Notes under the pieces: model-generated | Database searches by the model: none | Told to the model about the DNA's origin: nothing | The model's input: the letters and a program-made list of their open reading frames with translations, nothing else | In this document: positions 55,251-55,341 of the stretch, piece after piece | Layout of the letters: each line of letters begins with the position of its first letter | Position numbering within the stretch: the first letter of the stretch is position 1 | Translations under genes and position numbers: made by a program | Origin: a virus | Taxonomy: Duplodnaviria > Caudoviricetes | Direction: 5' to 3' (one strand) | Virus record (IMG/VR): IMGVR_UViG_3300033146_002149 | Coordinates: 1 to 55,341 of that record | DNA length: 55,341 bases

Positions 55251-55341
55251 ATGAAATGCAGGATTGTAGAAAGAACAGGCGTTGATGGAAAAGTTAATTA
55301 TGTTATTCAGCAGAGACATTTTCTATTCCGTTGGTGGTGGG
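55251..55341 (+). CDS. Partial hypothetical protein (runs off the window)
   Basis: RBS GGAGA; MKCRIVERTGVDGKVNYVIQQRHFLFRWWW... Confidence 0.5.
   Translation, partial: MKCRIVERTGVDGKVNYVIQQRHFLFRWWW

Overview
This is a ~55 kb, AT-rich segment of a tailed dsDNA bacteriophage, probably podovirus-like; no integrase, phage RNA polymerase or recognisable host gene is visible. There are two divergent arms. The minus-strand arm (1-33164) is morphogenetic: small terminase, large terminase carrying an Ala-start class-3-type mini-intein in its P-loop, portal, GroES, scaffold, major capsid, adaptor/tail proteins, a 3422-aa polyvalent internal virion protein (four ADP-ribosyltransferase-like modules plus an HExxH peptidase motif), and tail fibre/spike genes, the last missed by the ORF track. 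The plus-strand arm (33961-55341) holds small early genes and DNA metabolism genes: UvrD helicase, PD-(D/E)xK nuclease, Sak4-like ATPase, SSB-like protein, NAD-dependent ligase, ParB-methyltransferase fusion, UDG-PolA fusion with His at position 762, and a DUF3987-like ATPase. The most striking non-coding signals are a consensus sigma54 promoter with three upstream IHF-like sites driving the first plus-strand operon, a 14-bp palindrome GTTCA-N4-TGAAC found at four intergenic sites, a ~1 kb nested-palindrome/iteron region (35000-35970), and several structured RNA leaders. All product calls come from motif recognition by eye; no database searches were run.
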